Below, one piece after another: positions 30,938 to 41,413 of a DNA stretch of 61,006 bases. Source of the stretch: Candidatus Microgenomates bacterium (GTDB lineage: Bacteria; Patescibacteriota; Microgenomatia; UBA1400; PJMF01); assembly GCA_015486535.1 (NCBI GenBank), contig WFRK01000016.1, positions 1 through 61,006 on the forward strand, written 5' to 3'. The notes under the pieces were generated by a model. It saw only the letters and a list, made by a program, of their open reading frames with translations. It made no database searches and was not told the DNA's origin. Within the stretch, counting starts at the first letter, position 1. Every line of letters starts with the position of its first letter. The position numbers were made by a program, and so were the translations under genes.

Positions 30938-31224
30938 ACTCCACCTTTCTTTAATCTCGGTGAGATTTTTGGAAACGAAGAGCATTCTGGAGAGATGAGA
31001 TTATCCTTGGCTCTACCAAAGAAAATAAAATAATCTCCGCTCTCTTGAATCCTCTCTGCGTTCTCTTGAAGAGAAATCCTTACCGAGGTAATTTTACTGG
31101 ATTCATTATAACATAATAAGGTGATCATAGAATGATCTGGAAAATCAAGATTGAAATTAGCTCGGTCTCGGTTATAATCGGTAACACTAGTATAAATTGA
31201 ATCAATGATTAATTAAAGGAAATT

Positions 31225-32184
31225 ATGAATGGTCAAGAGAAACACAAACGAAAAAAAGTGACAATAGAAGGCAATTCGAGTCAAAAGGAAAAACCAACCG
31301 ATAAACCAACAGTTGAAGAAATTCACGCAGCATATGAAACAATTTTAATCCCGGCGATCGAGGCAGCGCAGAAGATTGCTCGTAATCCGGGTGGAACTCT
31401 CTTTACCACGGTCGCTTTAAAAGCGATTGGGGTTGATCCTACTAAATTACAACCAACTGATCGTCTGAAAATTGGGACGGTGGAAGTTTCAGGCAACATT
31501 TTTCAATTGGTGATTGGTTATTACGATTTTTTGGAAAATTTAGGTTACAAACTCGGTTGTATGGATCCCAGACCAGCGCACTTTAAGCAAATTGCCCATT
31601 CGTGTATGCATCATGAGTGCGGTGCCGCCGGTTTAACCAGCAAACTAACCTTAAATGATGAATCCCTTTTTAAACAACTTACCGGTACTGAGATTGAAGA
31701 ACAAGTGGTAAACCAAATACCGGAAACACCATATTTAACACTATTGGAAGGCACTAGCGGTGGCCATCAAGATACCGGCGCTGTCATTATTTTCAGAGGC
31801 AGCTACTTAATTGCCGATCCAGCCCAGGAGCAACTCATTCAGCAAGGCATGGGTGGTGCTTATGTGCTCACACTTGATGTTGATCTCATCAATCAATATA
31901 TTCAATCGCTAAAAGCTGAGGTTACTATTGATGAAACAACTATCGACAGATTCATTAACGCTCTCGTTGATTTCAACGTTGGTATTGCTCTAGATATTGC
32001 CAGTGGTGATCATAATAACCTCAACACTCAGGAAACCGGCTTTAATCTTATCCGGGTCAATGCGGCCGCTGACCCTTCTCAAGTTGAAAGAAAAATTGAG
32101 TCGAGAATAAGACAATTAGTGGCAAATAAGTTATCCCAAGTCCAAATTTTTGAACACCAACTGACACTTGTAATTGACCGCTAA
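31225..32184 (+). CDS. hypothetical protein
   Basis: A 319-aa ORF with an AAAGGAAA Shine-Dalgarno sequence. No motif recognised. It lies upstream of the NfeD/SPFH pair. Confidence 0.45.
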   Translation: MNGQEKHKRKKVTIEGNSSQKEKPTDKPTVEEIHAAYETILIPAIEAAQKIARNPGGTLFTTVALKAIGVDPTKLQPTDRLKIGTVEVSGNIFQLVIGYYDFLENLGYKLGCMDPRPAHFKQIAHSCMHHECGAAGLTSKLTLNDESLFKQLTGTEIEEQVVNQIPETPYLTLLEGTSGGHQDTGAVIIFRGSYLIADPAQEQLIQQGMGGAYVLTLDVDLINQYIQSLKAEVTIDETTIDRFINALVDFNVGIALDIASGDHNNLNTQETGFNLIRVNAAADPSQVERKIESRIRQLVANKLSQVQIFEHQLTLVIDR

Positions 32185-32187
32185 AGT

Positions 32188-32670
32188 GTGTGTTATAATC
32201 GATTCATGTTTGCGCTTGATGCCAATCAAATTTGGATTATTTTGGGATTACTCCTCATCGTCAGTGAGTTGTTCATTGGAGTCAACACCGGTTTTGATCT
32301 GCTGATCATTGGTACAATTTTTATTATTGGGGGGTTTTTTGGACTCATTTTTCTCAATTTTTATATTAGTCTCATTTTCTCCATTTTGTTAGCATTAATT
32401 TATTTTATAACCCTAAGAAGGATTGTGCACAGCAAGATTGTGACACCGATGGAAACAACTCTAGGTGTTGATCAGTTAATTGGTCAAACAGCTCTGGTCA
32501 CAGCAGATATTGCCCCTCATAAACCTGGCAAAGTAAAATTAAATGACGAGGAATGGCGCGCACGTGCCACTCGTAAATTTTCTGTTGGCCAAGAAGTCGA
32601 GGTTAAAAAAATTAGTGGCATTACCTTGACCGTCAAAAAAGTTAAAATACAGAAAGGCAAAAATGTTTAG
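32188..32670 (+). CDS. NfeD-family membrane protein
   Basis: Three TM segments plus a C-terminal OB-fold ([14 protein letters not shown]). It overlaps the SPFH partner. The likely start is the ATG at 32206, because 32188 is GTG. Confidence 0.75.
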   Translation: MCYNRFMFALDANQIWIILGLLLIVSELFIGVNTGFDLLIIGTIFIIGGFFGLIFLNFYISLIFSILLALIYFITLRRIVHSKIVTPMETTLGVDQLIGQTALVTADIAPHKPGKVKLNDEEWRARATRKFSVGQEVEVKKISGITLTVKKVKIQKGKNV

Positions 32671-33508
32671 TTTCATTGTTTTGTTCAGTTTGTTCATCAT
32701 CTTGCTCTTCACTCTCATGGCTGGTATTAAAGTTATTCGACCATATGAAAAGGGAGTCGTCGTCCGGCTTGGTCGTTATCATGGCACGTCTAATCCGGGA
32801 CTCGCTTTAATTGTGCCTTTTATTGATAGTTTGATCAGAGTTGATGTTCGTGAACAAGTGATGAATGTAATGCCTCAAGAAGTAATTACTAAAGATAATG
32901 TTGTTGTCACTGTCGATGCCGTTATTTACTACAAAGTGATCGATCCAGTAAAGGCAGAATTTGAGATTGAAAACTTTTCTATTGCGGCCACTACTTTAGC
33001 ACAAACAACTTTGAGGAATTTAATCGGCGATAAACAGTTAGATGAGATTTTAACCGCCAGAGATCATATTAACGCTAACTTACGTGATGTACTCGATGAA
33101 GCAACCGATAATTGGGGTGTCAAAATTACTAAAGTTGAACTTCAAAAAATTGATCCTCCAAAGGACATTACCGATGCAATGAGTAAACAAATGAAAGCTG
33201 AGCGAGAAAAACGAGCCCGAATTCTTGAAGCACAAGGCATTAAAGAAGCAAATATCCTCACTGCTGAGGGTAAAGCTCAAGCGGTGAAGTTAAAAGCTGA
33301 AGCTGAGGCGGAGGCAATCAGAAGAGTTGGTCAATCAGCTGAACAAAATTTTACCGAAAGAGCTCAAGTCATGAAACGTCTTGAAGTCGCTCGTGAAGTT
33401 TTAGGCACTAACAATACTAAATGGATTCTACCCACTACTGGCGAACTAGTGAATGTTCTCAATTTAGAAGGAAAAGAAAAAATTGTTCCGGTTAAAAAAC
33501 GCGCCTAA
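32663..33508 (+). CDS. SPFH/band-7 (stomatin-like) protein
   Basis: [35 protein letters not shown], and a coiled-coil Ala/Glu-rich C-terminus. Confidence 0.9.
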   Translation: MFSFIVLFSLFIILLFTLMAGIKVIRPYEKGVVVRLGRYHGTSNPGLALIVPFIDSLIRVDVREQVMNVMPQEVITKDNVVVTVDAVIYYKVIDPVKAEFEIENFSIAATTLAQTTLRNLIGDKQLDEILTARDHINANLRDVLDEATDNWGVKITKVELQKIDPPKDITDAMSKQMKAEREKRARILEAQGIKEANILTAEGKAQAVKLKAEAEAEAIRRVGQSAEQNFTERAQVMKRLEVAREVLGTNNTKWILPTTGELVNVLNLEGKEKIVPVKKRA

Positions 33509-33512
33509 AAAA

Positions 33513-33782
33513 TTATTTGCTCAAACCGAGACGCTCAATTAACTTTTGATATCTTTCTGTACTTCGTTCCCTCAAGAAATTGAGTAAGCGACGACGTTTC
33601 GCCACTTGTTTTAACAAACCTCGGCGAGAGTGGTCGTCTTTCTTATGTTTAGCAAGATGATGAGTTAATTCTTGAATCGAGGCCGTTAATAACGCCACTT
33701 GTACCTCTGGTGAACCAGTGTCACCTTCAAAAAGTTGAAAATCTTTAATAATTTGGGATTTTTGTGCTTTTGCTAAAGCCAT
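33513..33782 (-). CDS. rpsO: 30S ribosomal protein S15
   Basis: [30 protein letters not shown]. The start is set at the internal Met at 33782, giving the canonical 89 aa. Confidence 0.9.
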   Translation of the reverse strand: MALAKAQKSQIIKDFQLFEGDTGSPEVQVALLTASIQELTHHLAKHKKDDHSRRGLLKQVAKRRRLLNFLRERSTERYQKLIERLGLSK

Positions 33783-33989
33783 GGTATGCCTTTCTTCGCC
33801 CACTCTCTTTGAGTTGAAATCAACCAAAAGAGGTAGTAACCATTTAATTTATAATTAATTTACCAAATCAACACTTATCAAATCAATGCGACAGGTTTTG
33901 TTTTGAATCAAACAAGGCCTGTATTGTAACATAAACTAAAAAAACTGCCAATTGAGAGAGTGATTAAAAACACAGTTGGCTTTATTGAT

Positions 33990-35474
33990 CTAATCCGTCA
34001 CTTTCTTATAAGCAGTAATAATATCGCCAACTTGAAAATTAAATTTATTTTTGAACGTTAAACCCGCCTCATTCTTAGTACCAACGCGGTTAATAATTTC
34101 TTTACCATGCATCATCGACTTAATTACTGGATTAGCAATAATCTTGTCATCGCGCTGTAGATGAAATAGATCATTTTTCTTGATTTCTCCCGTTTTTACC
34201 TTCACTCCAGCAATTTTCTCGCCCCTCATTTCAAAGATTTGCAAAATTTCCGCTCGACCAAGTTCTACCTCATCGATCGTTGGCTCAAGCAAATGAAGCA
34301 TTTGTTTTTGAAGATCTTCGATAAGCTGATAGATAATGTCATAAGATTTCAACTTCACCTGACTGTTCTTGGCCAAATTAATAATATTTTTTGGCAATTT
34401 TAAATGAAAACTAATTACTGTCGCTTGAGTACTAGCTGCTAAAGTAATATCACTCTCGGTTACCGCTCCCACACCAAAATCGATCAGGTTTACACTTTCC
34501 TCGTCAAGATTTTGCAAAATCACCTCTAACGTTCCCTGCACGTCTGCCTTGACGATGAGATTAAGTTTTGGTTTATTTTCTAATAAGGCAAGTAAATCAT
34601 CCGCTGCTGTTTCGACTTGGCCAAAGTTAAATTTAGCTTCGGTTGCTTCTTTTTGCTGAGTCGGTTGATCATAATCTTGACCGACTTCTTTAATCACATC
34701 TCCCACCGTCGGCACTGATTTAAGACCGATGATTTCCACCGGTTGTCCTGGCAAAGCTTCATTTAACTGTTGACCGTGATCGGCGATCAAGGCTCGCACC
34801 CTCCCTTGAACATCATGAGCATAAATATCTTGGCGTAATTTTAACGAACCGGTTTGGACAATTACAGAAGCGAGCGGCCCTTTGTGAACATCCTTACTTG
34901 ATTCGATGACCACTGCTCGCAAAGGTTGGTCTACTTCTGCTTTAAGCTGAAGTAGTTCAGCCATAAGTAAAATCGTATCTAATAATTTATCAACATTTTT
35001 ACCTGTTTTTGCCGATATTTCAATTACTTCTACATCTCCACCAAAATCAGTCACCACAATATCATGTTCGGCTAGTTGCGCTTTCACATTATCTATTTTG
35101 AGATTGGGGAGATCGATTTTGTTAAGAGCGACAATCACCGGCACTTTTGTTTCCTTAATATGGCGAATTGACTCGACTGTTTGTGGTTTAACCCCATCAT
35201 TAGCCGCTACCACAAGAACAACCATATCAGTGATGGCGGCTCCCCGCGCTCGCATTTGGTTAAAGGCAGCGTGACCGGGAGTATCAATGAAGGTAATCTT
35301 TTTCCCCTGATGTTCCGCTTGGTAGGCACCGATGTGTTGCGTAATGCCACCAGACTCACGCGCCGTTACTTTGGTTTTACGAATATAATCCAATAACGAA
35401 GTTTTGCCATGATCAACATGACCCATAATCGTTACAACTGGCGGACGGTGATTAATTTTCTTCATATTTCTCAA
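33990..35474 (-). CDS. infB: translation initiation factor IF-2 (short form starting at the G domain)
   Basis: RPPVVTIMGHVDHGKTSLLD, DTPGHAAF and NKID GTPase motifs, plus C-terminal IF-2 domains. It lies directly after nusA. Confidence 0.9.
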   Translation of the reverse strand: MRNMKKINHRPPVVTIMGHVDHGKTSLLDYIRKTKVTARESGGITQHIGAYQAEHQGKKITFIDTPGHAAFNQMRARGAAITDMVVLVVAANDGVKPQTVESIRHIKETKVPVIVALNKIDLPNLKIDNVKAQLAEHDIVVTDFGGDVEVIEISAKTGKNVDKLLDTILLMAELLQLKAEVDQPLRAVVIESSKDVHKGPLASVIVQTGSLKLRQDIYAHDVQGRVRALIADHGQQLNEALPGQPVEIIGLKSVPTVGDVIKEVGQDYDQPTQQKEATEAKFNFGQVETAADDLLALLENKPKLNLIVKADVQGTLEVILQNLDEESVNLIDFGVGAVTESDITLAASTQATVISFHLKLPKNIINLAKNSQVKLKSYDIIYQLIEDLQKQMLHLLEPTIDEVELGRAEILQIFEMRGEKIAGVKVKTGEIKKNDLFHLQRDDKIIANPVIKSMMHGKEIINRVGTKNEAGLTFKNKFNFQVGDIITAYKKVTD

Positions 35475-35483
35475 CAGAATGGT

Positions 35484-36743
35484 TTATAATTTTGAAGCTG
35501 ACTGACTTCTTTCTTCAAACTCCTTTTCAAAAACTTCGATTCGTTTTAATAAATTAGCCCGATCAGCTTGATTAACTTCTTCGAATTCGAGCCATTTTTG
35601 CTTAAATCGAGCCAAATCACTCAGAGTTGTTAATTTATAACTTACCAATTTATCTCTTGTTTCTTGACTCAAATCAAAAGTATCGATTTCATATTCTTCT
35701 TCACCAGTTACTTGAGATTTGACTTGACCACTGGCGGATTGAACGGTGATTTTCCAACCAGTTAATTTTGATGCCAAACGTACATTCTGTCCTCCCCGGC
35801 CGATAACCAACGAGAGCTGGTCATCCGGAGCAGTCACTGTTGCTAATCGTTTTTTCTCATCAAGATCAATTTTTAAACCCTCGGCTGGGGCGAGAGCGGC
35901 CAAAAGTAGTAGTTTATCATCATCGTTATAAGGAATGATATCAACTTTTTCGTTATTTAACTCGCGAATCACTTCTTGGACACGAACGCCTCGTTGACCG
36001 ACACAGGAACCAACGGGATCAACTCCATCCTGAGTCGCTTTAACAGCTAATTTTGTGCGCACACCTGCTTCACGAGCGATCAGAGCAATTACCACCGAAC
36101 CGGAAGAAATCTCCGGTACTTCTCGATAAAATAATTTCTCTACCAGGCGTTTATCGGCACGAGAAACAATCACTTGTCGGCCGCGACCTGTTTCCTCAAT
36201 CCCTTTAATTAAAACGACAATGCGTGAGTTAATCCGATAAAATTCCCCGCGCATTTGTTCCTCAGGAGGCATAATACCTTGACCACGACCTAAATCCAAA
36301 ATAACGCGACCGCGGTCCATTCTCAGAATTTGAGCCGTAACAATCTCACCAATTTTGTCATTATAGGCTGCCAAAATATGCTCTCTCTCAGATTCGCGGA
36401 TCTTTTGTAAAATCACTTGTTTCGCTGTTTGAGCTGCAATCCGTCCAAAATTATCTGGCGTCACTTCTTCAGCTTTTTTTTCGTCCCAAGAAAGAATTTC
36501 TTCTGTTTCCTCATCACGCTCAATAATTGGTGCTTTAAAAATTTGTGATTGACCATTTTCGTGATCTAATTTGGCAAAATAATAGAACTCGTCTTCTAAA
36601 CCATACTGCTTACGAAAAGCGGAAACTAAAGCATGTTCAATCGCTTGATAGATTGAGTCCACATCAATTTTCCTCTCTGAAGCAATTTGAGCAATCGCCG
36701 AGGCAAATTCAGTCCTGATAATTCGACCCGATTGGGTTGGCAT
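35484..36743 (-). CDS. nusA: transcription termination/antitermination factor NusA
   Basis: N-terminal domain, S1 domain, two KH domains (CVGQRGVRVQ, IGRGGQNVRLASKLTGW) and a C-terminal helical extension. Confidence 0.95.
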   Translation of the reverse strand: MPTQSGRIIRTEFASAIAQIASERKIDVDSIYQAIEHALVSAFRKQYGLEDEFYYFAKLDHENGQSQIFKAPIIERDEETEEILSWDEKKAEEVTPDNFGRIAAQTAKQVILQKIRESEREHILAAYNDKIGEIVTAQILRMDRGRVILDLGRGQGIMPPEEQMRGEFYRINSRIVVLIKGIEETGRGRQVIVSRADKRLVEKLFYREVPEISSGSVVIALIAREAGVRTKLAVKATQDGVDPVGSCVGQRGVRVQEVIRELNNEKVDIIPYNDDDKLLLLAALAPAEGLKIDLDEKKRLATVTAPDDQLSLVIGRGGQNVRLASKLTGWKITVQSASGQVKSQVTGEEEYEIDTFDLSQETRDKLVSYKLTTLSDLARFKQKWLEFEEVNQADRANLLKRIEVFEKEFEERSQSASKL

Positions 36744-36925
36744 ATTGTTTTCTCCTTTTAGATATTGCTAATAAAAAAGACTTCTCGATTCTCGAAAAAG
36801 CCTCATCTCAAAAACCGTGGTTGATTATAACGCAAAAAGAGGAAAATTGCAAAATTTTATCTGACAAAAAACTAAATTTTAATTTGCTATAATAGGTGTT
36901 CGTAAGTGAGTGATAAAAGCAAAAA

Positions 36926-36999
<74 letters not shown>

Positions 37000-37014
37000 C
37001 AGGTTTTTTTGTTA

Positions 37015-37884
37015 TTAAAGCCCCTCTGCTCTGATTCTCTCAACGGCTTGCTTTTGTTCACGCGTGAGCTTCTCCGGTACATCCACTACCAAGCGAACAT
37101 AAAGATCGCCTTTCCCCCGATTATGCAATAACGGCACTCCCTCGCCCCGCAAACGCACTAACGTATGTGGCTTTGTTCCCTGTCTCACCTTTAACTTAAG
37201 TTTTTTGTCTGGCAAAGCCACTTCAGTCACCCCGCCGAGAAGCAACATCGAATAAGGTACTTCGTGAGTTAAAAATAGATTATTACCGTCGCGTTGATAT
37301 TTGGGGTGAGGTTTAACATCTAGCGTGACATCAAAATCCTTAAAACGAATTCTGGTACCATCATAAGCACCGGCGGGAATCTTGATTTTCTTCCGTTTAC
37401 CATCGATAACCACCTCTTTGGTTGCTCCTTTCAAAGCATCCATGAAATCAACTGTCAAACTGTAACGTGGTCTGGGTTTACTCTGCCGAAAGCCGGCACC
37501 ACTAAAACCACCGCCAAAAAATTGTTCAAAAATTTCAAACGGATCACCAAAATCGGCGCCGTTGGCACCATGCGCCCCGGTAGTATAAGTCCAAGTGAAT
37601 GGCCCTTGTTGAAAACCGCCGGCAAACGGATTCTGACCCATGCCCGCAGCCGGATTAAAAGCGGCATGACCAAATTGGTCATATTTTTGACGTTTCTGCT
37701 TATCAGATAACACTTGATAAGCTTCATTAATTTCCTTAAATTTCTCCTCTGCCTCCTTTTTATTTTGCGGGTGCTTATCAGGATGCCATTTAAGTGCCAA
37801 CTTACGATAAGCGGCTTTAATTTCCCTCTCCGTTGCGGTTTTCTTAATGCCTAAAATTTCGTAATAATCTTTTTTTGTCGACAT
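37015..37884 (-). CDS. dnaJ: J-domain co-chaperone, class B (no zinc-finger domain)
   Basis: J domain with HPD (KWHPDKH), a G/F-rich linker and CTD I/II. The whole protein has no cysteine, so the CxxCxGxG repeats are absent. Confidence 0.85.
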   Translation of the reverse strand: MSTKKDYYEILGIKKTATEREIKAAYRKLALKWHPDKHPQNKKEAEEKFKEINEAYQVLSDKQKRQKYDQFGHAAFNPAAGMGQNPFAGGFQQGPFTWTYTTGAHGANGADFGDPFEIFEQFFGGGFSGAGFRQSKPRPRYSLTVDFMDALKGATKEVVIDGKRKKIKIPAGAYDGTRIRFKDFDVTLDVKPHPKYQRDGNNLFLTHEVPYSMLLLGGVTEVALPDKKLKLKVRQGTKPHTLVRLRGEGVPLLHNRGKGDLYVRLVVDVPEKLTREQKQAVERIRAEGL

Positions 37885-37947
37885 ATTGTTTGAATTTTGT
37901 TTTTCAATTCACCTTTTTATCGCCGTTATTATATCTCTTTATCATCC

Positions 37948-37990
37948 AAAGAGGGCGACTAAGATGAAACTTACCTCAATCGCCCTCTTT
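37948..37990 (-). terminator. hairpin downstream of dnaK, probable terminator or attenuator
   Basis: AAAGAGGGCGA and TCGCCCTCTTT form an 11-bp stem around a 21-nt loop. The T-tract is only partial. Confidence 0.4.
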
Positions 37991-38014
37991 TATGTAATTC
38001 ATTAACCCTTAAAC

Positions 38015-39958
38015 TTAATTAACTACCTCACCTTCCTCAACGTCCTCGTTATTATCTTTTTTTGACGTCTTTTCGTTCTTTTCATTTTTTTCTTCAGCCA
38101 CTTTTGTCTCATCTGTCGTCTCGGTTTTAGCGTTTTGTTGCATCGCTTCGCCAATCTTTTGGGCCTGTTGCAGTAAAGCTTCCGTTGCTTGATCAAGCTC
38201 CGTTTTTGTGACTGCTTCTTTCTGAGCTAATTCTTCGAGTTTTTTCACCGACGTTTCGATTTCCTCCTTCACCTTTTTGTCAAGTTTATCGCCATATTCC
38301 TTCAGCTGTTTACCGATTTCAAAAGCAACCGAAGTAGCTTTATTCTTGGCTTCAATGAGTTCTTTTTTCTTTTTGTCATCTTCGGCATGACTTTCAGCCT
38401 CTTTCTTCATTCTTTCAATTTCGGCCTCCGTCAAATTAGTTGAATTCTGAATGGTAATCTTCTGCTCCTTGCCAGTTTTTTTATCTTTGGCAGTAACATG
38501 CAAAATACCATTGGAATCAATGTCAAAAGTAACTTCAATTTGCGGTACACCTCGTGGAGCCGGTGGAATACCATCAAGAATAAATCGACCGAGCGATTTG
38601 TTGTCCGCGGCCATCGGTCGTTCACCCTGAAGCACGTGCACTTCTACCTGCGTTTGATTATCCGCTGCAGTCGAGAAAATTTGTGATTTGCTGGTAGGAA
38701 TGGTCGTATTTCGCTCAATCAAGGGTGTCATCACCCCACCCAAGGTTTCTAATCCTAAAGTAAGTGGTGTCACATCAAGTAGAACAACATCGGTGACATC
38801 GCCACCAATCACTCCAGCCTGAACGGCAGCACCAACGGCAACCACTTCATCCGGATTCACTCCCTTATGAGGTGCTTTACCAAAGAATTTTTCTACTTCT
38901 GCTTGAATTTTCGGCATGCGTGTTTGACCACCAACCAAGATCACATCACCAATATCACTTGTCTTTACTCCGGCATCTTTTAAAGCTTTCTTCACTGGCT
39001 CAAAAGTACGTTTGATCAAATCATCAACTAATTCTTCTAATTTGGCGCGGGTAAACGTCATCGTTAAGTGAAGCGGTTGACCATCTTTCCCCTGAGTAAT
39101 GAAGGGTTGATTAATCTCTGTTTGCTGGGCCGTCGACAACTCTACCTTCGCTTTTTCCGCCGCATCTTTAATCCGCTGTAAAGCTTGAGGATCCTTGCTC
39201 AAATCAATGCCATTATCTTTTTTAAATTCCCCAATGATCCATTGGATAATTTTCTGGTCAAAGTCATCACCGCCAAGGAAAGTATCACCATTGGTGGATT
39301 TAACTTCAAAAACTCCATCACCAATATCAAGCACAGAAATGTCAAAAGTGCCACCGCCCAAATCATAAACGGCAATGGTGCGGTTACCTTTTTTATCTAG
39401 ACCGTAAGCCAAGGCAGCCGCGGTGGGCTCGTTGACGATGCGTTCAACCTCTAAACCGGCAATTTCGCCCGCCTGTTTTGTCGCTTGTCTTTGAGAATCA
39501 TCAAAATAAGCCGGCACAGTAATGACGGCATGTTTCACCTCACCACCAAGGTAACTTTCGGCATCACGTTTTGCCTTCGCTAAAACTTTAGCAGAAATTT
39601 CTTGGGGAGTATATTGTTTGCCACCAATTTTTACCACCGCCATGCCATCTTTGCCTTCCTCAATCGTATAGGCAACATGCTTAATTGTCTTCTGAACCAT
39701 TTCGTCTTTAAATTTACGTCCCATTAATCGTTTAATTGAGTTGATTGTTTTGGTAGGATTGAGAATCATCTGCCTCTTGGCTGGTTCACCCACTAAAATT
39801 TCATTATTTTTAAACGCTACAATTGAAGGAAAAGTATTCCGACCTTCAGCCGTTGGGATAATTTTTGGACTACCACCTTCCATTACCGCCACAGCGGAGT
39901 TCGTCGTTCCAAGATCAATGCCAACAATTTTACCGTTAATTTTTTTATCTTCTGGCAT
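38015..39958 (-). CDS. dnaK: molecular chaperone DnaK (Hsp70)
   Basis: [29 protein letters not shown], and a Glu/Lys-rich C-terminal tail. Confidence 0.97.
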   Translation of the reverse strand: MPEDKKINGKIVGIDLGTTNSAVAVMEGGSPKIIPTAEGRNTFPSIVAFKNNEILVGEPAKRQMILNPTKTINSIKRLMGRKFKDEMVQKTIKHVAYTIEEGKDGMAVVKIGGKQYTPQEISAKVLAKAKRDAESYLGGEVKHAVITVPAYFDDSQRQATKQAGEIAGLEVERIVNEPTAAALAYGLDKKGNRTIAVYDLGGGTFDISVLDIGDGVFEVKSTNGDTFLGGDDFDQKIIQWIIGEFKKDNGIDLSKDPQALQRIKDAAEKAKVELSTAQQTEINQPFITQGKDGQPLHLTMTFTRAKLEELVDDLIKRTFEPVKKALKDAGVKTSDIGDVILVGGQTRMPKIQAEVEKFFGKAPHKGVNPDEVVAVGAAVQAGVIGGDVTDVVLLDVTPLTLGLETLGGVMTPLIERNTTIPTSKSQIFSTAADNQTQVEVHVLQGERPMAADNKSLGRFILDGIPPAPRGVPQIEVTFDIDSNGILHVTAKDKKTGKEQKITIQNSTNLTEAEIERMKKEAESHAEDDKKKKELIEAKNKATSVAFEIGKQLKEYGDKLDKKVKEEIETSVKKLEELAQKEAVTKTELDQATEALLQQAQKIGEAMQQNAKTETTDETKVAEEKNEKNEKTSKKDNNEDVEEGEVVN

Positions 39959-40018
39959 AAAAAGTTCCTTTCTTTTATTATAAATTTATCAAAAAATCAA
40001 TTAATAACCAAGATCAGT

Positions 40019-40050
40019 GGCAATATTAGCAGAACTCTGCTAATATTGCC
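40019..40050. promoter_or_regulatory. perfect 14-bp inverted repeat (GGCAATATTAGCAG-AACT-CTGCTAATATTGCC) between grpE and dnaK
   Basis: Read directly. It contains TTAGCA/TGCTAA half-sites separated by 6 nt rather than the 15 nt of CIRCE. Confidence 0.5.
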
Positions 40051-40074
40051 AGTAGTAATTTTATTGAGCCGAAT

Positions 40075-40530
40075 TTAGCCAACTACCACTTTGGCTGGCT
40101 GAATCACCTGATTGTTTAATTTATAGCCACGTCTTAAAACTTTTTTCACCCGATTGCCTTCGCCCTTCTTTTCGACTGCCTCCATCGTTTCTTCACTGAA
40201 TGGTTCATTCAATGGGTTAATTTCGCTTAAACCATAATTCTTTAACACTTGCCAAAACTCTTGTGCCACCATTGTTACACCTTGATCTTGTAAGTGACTT
40301 GCAGCCAGACTTAAATGCTCCAAAGGTGATAAGAGCTGCTCAATCAATTCTCGCCCTGCTACCGCAGACAACTGCGCTTGAACTTGTTGCTGTCGTTTCA
40401 ACAAATTGGTGTAATCAGCCAAAGCTTTCAATTCGCGTTCTTTGGCTTGAGCAAGCTTCGACTCATAATCACGCATAAGTGTTTGATGTTGCTTATTTTT
40501 TACTGGCTGGGTTTTAGTTTTATGGGTCAT
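40075..40530 (-). CDS. grpE: nucleotide exchange factor GrpE
   Basis: An N-terminal coiled coil and a C-terminal beta domain (VLRRGYKLNNQVIQPAKVVV). It sits between hrcA and dnaK. Confidence 0.85.
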   Translation of the reverse strand: MTHKTKTQPVKNKQHQTLMRDYESKLAQAKERELKALADYTNLLKRQQQVQAQLSAVAGRELIEQLLSPLEHLSLAASHLQDQGVTMVAQEFWQVLKNYGLSEINPLNEPFSEETMEAVEKKGEGNRVKKVLRRGYKLNNQVIQPAKVVVG

Positions 40531-40586
40531 TGTTTTAATGGCAATTGTATTTATTTACTAAATTTTACTGATGATCAATGAATATT

Positions 40587-41309
40587 TTAATCGACAATTT
40601 CCTCCATCAATCGTTTAATATACTTCATAATTGGTAAAACATAAGCGTAATTAAAACGAGTTGAGCCAACCACCCCGACTTGACAATGTTGTCCTTTTAA
40701 TTCACATGAAGTGTAAATGATGCCGATTGGTGCCAAATCTTTATTGCCCAATTCTGGACCATAAATGACCTGGACTCTATTTTCACTTTCAGTCGATTCA
40801 AAAATATCATCCATTAATTTTGATTTTTCAACCAATTGCAAAACATTACGCATCACACCAATATCATGAAATTCAGGCATGCTTAACAGATTGGCATAAC
40901 CAGAATGAAAAAGTTCATCACCATTCATCAGAGCAATACCCAATGCTCTGGTCTTATCAGCCAAAACTTCGGTGATCTTCTGCAACATTTTTTCAATATG
41001 ATGGCGATTTTCCCAAATTTGTTCTTTAGCGGAAATTTCGTCTGCCACCGTCAACTCTTTCTCTTTTACTAATTCACTCACATAAAGTCTCATTGCTAAT
41101 GAAGTTGGTGTTCGCCCGGAACTAGCATGACTCTTAGCCAAATAGCCCTGCTTTGTTAATTGGACCATTTCGTTACGAATCGTCGCTGGAGAAACGCCAA
41201 TGTTGTATTTTCGATCGATCGTATCAGAACCAACCGGTTCTGCTGTTTCGATAAACTCATTAATGACAGCGCGAAGAATCTGAATTTGCCTTGGAGTAAG
41301 ATCAATCAT
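40587..41309 (-). CDS. hrcA: heat-inducible transcription repressor HrcA (short form)
   Basis: An N-terminal winged helix: LTPRQIQILRAVINEFIETAEPVGSDTI, SPATIRNEMVQLTKQGYL. It is the first gene of the chaperone operon. Confidence 0.8.
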   Translation of the reverse strand: MIDLTPRQIQILRAVINEFIETAEPVGSDTIDRKYNIGVSPATIRNEMVQLTKQGYLAKSHASSGRTPTSLAMRLYVSELVKEKELTVADEISAKEQIWENRHHIEKMLQKITEVLADKTRALGIALMNGDELFHSGYANLLSMPEFHDIGVMRNVLQLVEKSKLMDDIFESTESENRVQVIYGPELGNKDLAPIGIIYTSCELKGQHCQVGVVGSTRFNYAYVLPIMKYIKRLMEEIVD

Positions 41310-41313
41310 AGTA

Positions 41314-41340
41314 TTAGCAATGTTAACTATATTTTGCTAA
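41314..41340. promoter_or_regulatory. CIRCE-like operator overlapping the hrcA promoter
   Basis: TTAGCA-N15-TGCTAA has the exact CIRCE spacing. On the minus strand it sits between a TTGACA -35 and a TAACAT -10. Confidence 0.6.
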
Positions 41341-41413
41341 TTTGTCAATCATCACCAACAACTAATTTCAATCACCACTTATCATTTAAGCCTATTTAAT
41401 CTATATTGAAAGT

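Noticed and set aside
30986-31224. Short hairpins in the pnp 5' leader (for example GAGATTAT...ATAATCTC and TTCTC-TTCAA-GAGAA) as an RNase III autoregulation site.
   Set aside because: This is plausible by analogy with E. coli pnp, but the stems are AT-rich and weak. There is no independent support in the sequence.
33828-33989. An imperfect hairpin (ACAGGCCTTGTTTGATTCAAAACAAAACCTGT on the minus strand) between infB and rpsO as a defined terminator or S15 autoregulatory leader.
   Set aside because: The stems are short and imperfect, and I cannot distinguish a terminator from a leader structure by eye. It is left unannotated.
36841-36925. A TGcTATAAT extended -10 upstream of tRNA-Arg as an annotated promoter.
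   Set aside because: The -10 is good, but the best -35-like hexamer (CTGACA) is 21 nt away. It is noted as a likely promoter but was too uncertain to list as a feature.
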